A program made the translations under genes and the position numbers. DNA of 63,872 bases, the filler included, from Ministeria vibrans ATCC 50519 (taxonomy: Eukaryota > Protista > Filasterea), in assembly GCA_943704425.1 (NCBI GenBank). It is 6 parts of 6 records of this genome, joined end to end, with 100 filler letters (N's around TTAATTAATTAA, not from the genome) between each part and the next. Parts side by side here need not be neighbours in the genome. Positions count along the whole stretch, not along the records: positions 54,442 to 62,638 come from CALSCP010000434.1; positions 62,739 to 63,872 come from CALSCP010001016.1; 4 more parts are not named here. One strand, given 5' to 3'. The notes beneath the pieces were generated by a model. The model worked only from the letters and a program-made list of their open reading frames with translations, ran no database searches and was not told the origin of the DNA. Below are positions 59,904 through 63,872 of this stretch, piece after piece (the first letter of the stretch is position 1; every line of letters begins with the position of its first letter).

Positions 59904-60491
59904 ACATCGTATTGTATTAATTGGAAGAAGAAGAAGAATACAACTCATTTATTAATGATATAGTCACCACGCGAGACCACAAGCAGACCACCTTGCAAAC
60001 TCAACCGAATCTCAAGAGGGTAACATGGGAGAACAGTGGCTGGTCAGTGTGCTGTGTAATTATTATTAGAAGAAGAAGAATGCAACTCATTTATTATGGA
60101 TGAGTATTGCTTCCTATAATTGCTCTTAATCGCTGCGTCGGAAAAGCCTCCATACGGCATACGATATCAACATCTTACCGTGCATGAGATGATGAGTCAT
60201 GAGAGTAATCAATTAGGGCACTGCTTCGACTCCAAGAGACGGTTAGTCATTCGCGCATGCAGTTCAATTGGCGGGCAACTGAATTAATTTTTTCTTTCCT
60301 CTCCCTGGGCTGGGCACCAAAGAGAACCAACAGTAAGAACGTCTTCCTTCGGTAAAGCAGGCCCACGAGCCAGTACCCACCGGGCGCCATCCCACTCCCC
60401 AGGCGGCAGGCGGGCCCCAGAGGACGCCCCTCGCAGAGCAGAGTCACCAGACCGGCGTTAGGCCTGGGCATGGCCGTGCCATTATCGTATT

Positions 60492-60499
60492 TATAAATA
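60492..60499 (+). promoter_or_regulatory. TATA box candidate of the secreted-protein gene
   Basis: TATAAATA about 120 nt upstream of ATG 60615. Confidence 0.4.
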
Positions 60500-60614
60500 G
60501 ACGTTGAGAACAAGACATACAATTATCGATCTTCACACCCTCCCTATGACTAGATCTCAAGTCAGTCACAGACTCACAGGTCACACTTTTTTATTCTCCT
60601 TCAACCCTCTTAAT

Positions 60615-61771
60615 ATGAAGCTGGCTGTTGTGTTTGTTGCCCTTTGTACTCTCCAGTCCGCCTGGGCTCTCCAGCGTTGCCAGTGAGGACTTTTTTTTTC
60701 TCTTTTTTTTTAAGTGAGCATCTGGCGACCAATGTCTTCGCAGACTGCCGTTGTGCCGTCCAGCTGNNNNNNNNNNTTTTTTTTTCTCTTTTTTTTTTTT
60801 TTTTGCCGTACGACGTGAAAGAGAAGCACACGCCACACGCCTGCTTCCTGGCTGCATCCCTCGGATGACGCGCGTGTTATTGTCTCATTGGCGTGCCAGA
60901 TGGCCGTCTACTTGGCGTAATAGTTATCGTTTTTTTTTCTCCATAACAACACAGTTTTTCGGGACACACGCGACCTCCGCGCGACCGCTGTACGGCACAC
61001 GTCAAGGGGGTGGAGGGTGAATCAAGTTCCATTGAATGCCCCGTGCGATGCGCGTGTCCCTGTCTTTTGACTGAGTGTGAAAGGGATAAGTGACGTAATT
61101 GTGGGCAGAAAACTTTTTTTCGTCTCATTTTATAATTTTTTCTCGCATCTCCATATGGACTAATATCGCAATTGATTGCTTGATGGGAGCTGCATGGGCC
61201 TGTGGGGCAAGAATTCGGCAGCGCACGACTGCTTTTGTGAGTTATACCAGTCGAATTCTCACACACACAAAAAATAATTGATTCTTTTTGTCTGCCATCC
61301 TCTGGGGGTCTGTAGCCTTGAGCTCATGTGCTTTGGAGTGACCTCAGTTGATGCTGGTAGCAAGGTCGAAGTTGACAGCTCCACATCTGACAAGTAAGAG
61401 AATCGAGAGAGGACATGTTTATACTTAATGTGTCCGTTCGCTGCAGGATTGGTGCTCAAAAGGAAGTTGCTCTTTCGTTGGGCACCGGGGACTACTGGGT
61501 GACGCAGGATGTCGTTTCACTCTTTCACAACACCGACTACGAGTTTAGTGGCTCGGTTCAGAGTTCGATCACGGTCACCTGGTCGACGACCATGGAGACC
61601 AAGATCCGTTCTCTTGCTACTGAGGATACTTCCACCTGCGCGTTCAGCGAGGTCTTCAACGGCGGAACTTCCAACACCATTTCTGCCCCTGCCACTTTCT
61701 CTGACCCAAGCACTGGCCCCGCGGAGTACTGCGTCGTCGTCAACCAGCGCTCCACCTCGGCCACTGACTAA
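60615..61771 (+). CDS. Small secreted orphan protein (~155 aa), 3 exons
   Basis: Signal peptide MKLAVVFVALCTLQSAWA; exons 60615-60682, 61316-61393 and 61447-61771 join in frame; 4 Cys in the mature part, Ser/Thr rich. Confidence 0.7.
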
Positions 61772-62011
61772 AAAAATGTTAGTGAAGAAATAAAAATAAT
61801 AAAATTAAGACGTATTATTTTAATTAAACTAAATCGGTGGAGGGAAGAATTAGACTTCACCACTCACCACTCACCAGCTACTAAGTAGGTGTGTCGGCAT
61901 TTACTCGGCAATACATTTTTGTATGACTTTTGTACGACTACACGCTTGCAAGTTGCAACTACCAACCCATACCAACAGTGTCAACATTCATTGGCCGAGC
62001 ACAACCGCTGG

Positions 62012-62090
<79 letters not shown>

Positions 62091-62545
62091 GTAAGGTAGG
62101 TAGTCCAATGAACCATGAGAGGACTTCTGAATCATGATAGCAGATAGAGATTAGTATGTATATACCTCCAATACATGAAAGCTACCCTACGGCACAACAT
62201 AACGGATGGAACGGGTGACCCGTGCTGGCTGGCATATATCCCCCCCATATGAGTGATATGACATATCGGAGTAGTAATTTCAGGAGTAAGCACTAAGATC
62301 AGCTCAAGTGTTGTATCGCTTTGCCAGGAGTTGACTGAATAGAAACGCAAATAAAAGTTTGAATACCAAATTTAATATCGAGAATATCAAGACCTACAAC
62401 TATGTCAATGGCTCTTAGTGAATTCTCACGGTTATACTGTCTATTGCATATGATCCGGTTTAACATGCGCAGTCAAAATCAAAATAGAAATATATAGCAC
62501 TTTTTGGGAAAAATTCTTCAAGCCGAATTCATTTCGGTCTGAATT

Positions 62546-62627
62546 GGGGTTATAGCTCAGTACGCTTCTTTGGTAGAGCGCGTCGTTAGCATCGACGAGG
62601 TCGCGGGTTCGATTCCTGCTGACTCCA
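62546..62627 (+). tRNA. tRNA-Ala(AGC) with expanded 17-nt D-loop (copy B)
   Basis: GGGGTTA TA GCTC AGTACGCTTCTTTGGTA GAGC G CGTCG TTAGCAT CGACG AGGTC GCGGG TTCGATT CCTGC TGACTCC A (82 nt). Confidence 0.92.
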
Positions 62628-62630
62628 TTC

Positions 62631-62638
62631 TTTTTTTT
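62631..62638 (+). terminator. Pol III oligo-T terminator
   Basis: T run 3 nt after the discriminator base; mirrored by the A run at 54442-54448. Confidence 0.85.
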
Positions 62639-62738
62639 NNNNNNNNNNNNNNNNNNNNNNNNNNNNNNNNNNNNNNNNNNNNTTAATTAATTAANNNNNN
62701 NNNNNNNNNNNNNNNNNNNNNNNNNNNNNNNNNNNNNN
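62639..62738. other. Artificial contig spacer
   Basis: 44N-TTAATTAATTAA-44N. Confidence 0.98.
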
Positions 62739-63872
62739 CACTCATCCTTCTCCGTCTCGCACAGCACTCCGTGGTAGCCGGGAACGCAGGTGCAACTGAA
62801 ACTGTTGACTTGGTCGGCGCAAGTGCCACCGTTGCCACAAGGGTTGGAAGAGCATTCGTCTATGTCGATTGCGCAGGTAGCGCCGTTGTAGCCCGGTGTG
62901 CAGGCACATGTGTACGAGTTGACTCCGTCACTGCAAGTGCCGCCGTTGGCGCAAGGGTTGGGAGTGCACTCGTCAATGTCGTTCGAGCAAGTGACACCGT
63001 CGTATCCAGAAGCACAGGCACATGTGTACGAGTTGACTCCGTCACTGCACGTACCACCGTTCTGGCAGGGATTTGGAGAGCACTCGTCCTTGTCGTTGGA
63101 GCAAGTGACACCGTCGTATCCAGAAGCACAGTTGCAGCTGAACCCATTGACTGTGTCCACGCAAGCGCCTCCATTCCCACACGGTGACGAGCCACACTCA
63201 TCCTTCTCCGTCTCGCACAGCACTCCGTGGTAGCCGGGAACGCAGGTGCAACTAAAACTGTTGACTTGGTCGGCGCAAGTGCCACCGTTGGCGCAAGGGT
63301 TGGAAGAGCACTCGTTGATGTTGTTGGAGCAAGTGACACCGTCGTATCCAGGAGCACAGGCACATGTGTACGAGTTGACTCCGTCACTGCAAGTGCCGCC
63401 GTTGGCACAAGGGTTGGGAGTGCACTCGTCAATGTCGTTGGAGCAAGTGACGCCGTCGTATCCAGGAGCACAGGCACATGTGTACGAGTTGACTCCGTCA
63501 CTGCAAGTGCCGCCGTTGGCGCAAGGGTTAGAAGAGCACTCGTTGATGTTGTTGGAGCAAGTGACACCGTCGTATCCAGGAGCACAGGCACATGTGTACG
63601 AGTTGACTCCGTCACTGCAAGTGCCGCCGTTGGCACAAGGGTTGGGAGTGCACTCGTCAATGTCGTTGGAGCAAGTGACACCGTCGTATCCAGGAGCACA
63701 GGCACATGTGTACGAGTTGACTCCGTCACTGCACGTACCACCGTTCTGGCAGGAATTTGGCGAGCACTCGTCAATGTCGTTGGAGCAAGTGACGCCGTCG
63801 TATCCAGGAGCACAGGCACATGTGTACGAGTTGACTCCGTCACTGCAAGTGCCGCCGTTGGCGCAAGGGTTA
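62739..63872 (-). CDS. Internal fragment of a tandem calcium-binding EGF-repeat protein (fibropellin/Notch-like repeats)
   Basis: About 10 units of 114 bp / 38 aa: DIDECxxNPCxNGGTCSDGVNSYTCACxxGYDGVTC; open at both ends. Confidence 0.93.

Noticed and set aside
60380-60470. HDV-like ribozyme or SRP RNA in the GC island
   Set aside because: The P3/P1 pairings and SRP helix-8 motif cannot be built
31281-62738. Repeated TTAATTAATTAA flanked by N runs
   Set aside because: Identical 100-nt synthetic linker at five sites; not biological

Overview
This is eukaryotic nuclear DNA using the standard code, with GT-AG spliceosomal introns, AT-rich microsatellite-laden introns and intergenic DNA, and very dense gene packing. 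CFAP43 suggests a flagellated microbial eukaryote. The window is six unrelated contigs joined by artificial 100-nt spacers (44N-TTAATTAATTAA-44N), so adjacency across spacers means nothing. About 27 protein-coding genes can be reconstructed: a P4-ATPase, REP/CHM, MCMDC2, a GAS2-like protein, MED12, MTMR14, COPS9, MCM6, a SCAF4/8-like protein, SUMF2, a UvrD-like helicase, PAF1, a 2OG-Fe(II) oxygenase, LAMTOR2, a divergent P5CR, a TOP6BL candidate, ENDOV, a PD-(D/E)XK nuclease, a UBL-UBA protein, ALG5, RNase H1, ABI, CFAP43, an EGF-repeat protein and a few orphans. The most unusual signals are: (1) two identical tRNA-Ala(AGC) genes with a 9-10 nt insertion in the D-loop, a shared upstream hairpin, and an inverted arrangement at both ends of one contig; (2) two families of short (20-35 nt) microsatellite-linked dispersed elements; (3) meiotic genes (MCMDC2, a TOP6BL-like candidate); (4) SUMF2 and SH3-bearing ABI in an apparent non-animal; (5) head-to-head gene pairs whose ATGs are only 45-97 bp apart. 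All family calls come from motif recognition, not database searches.
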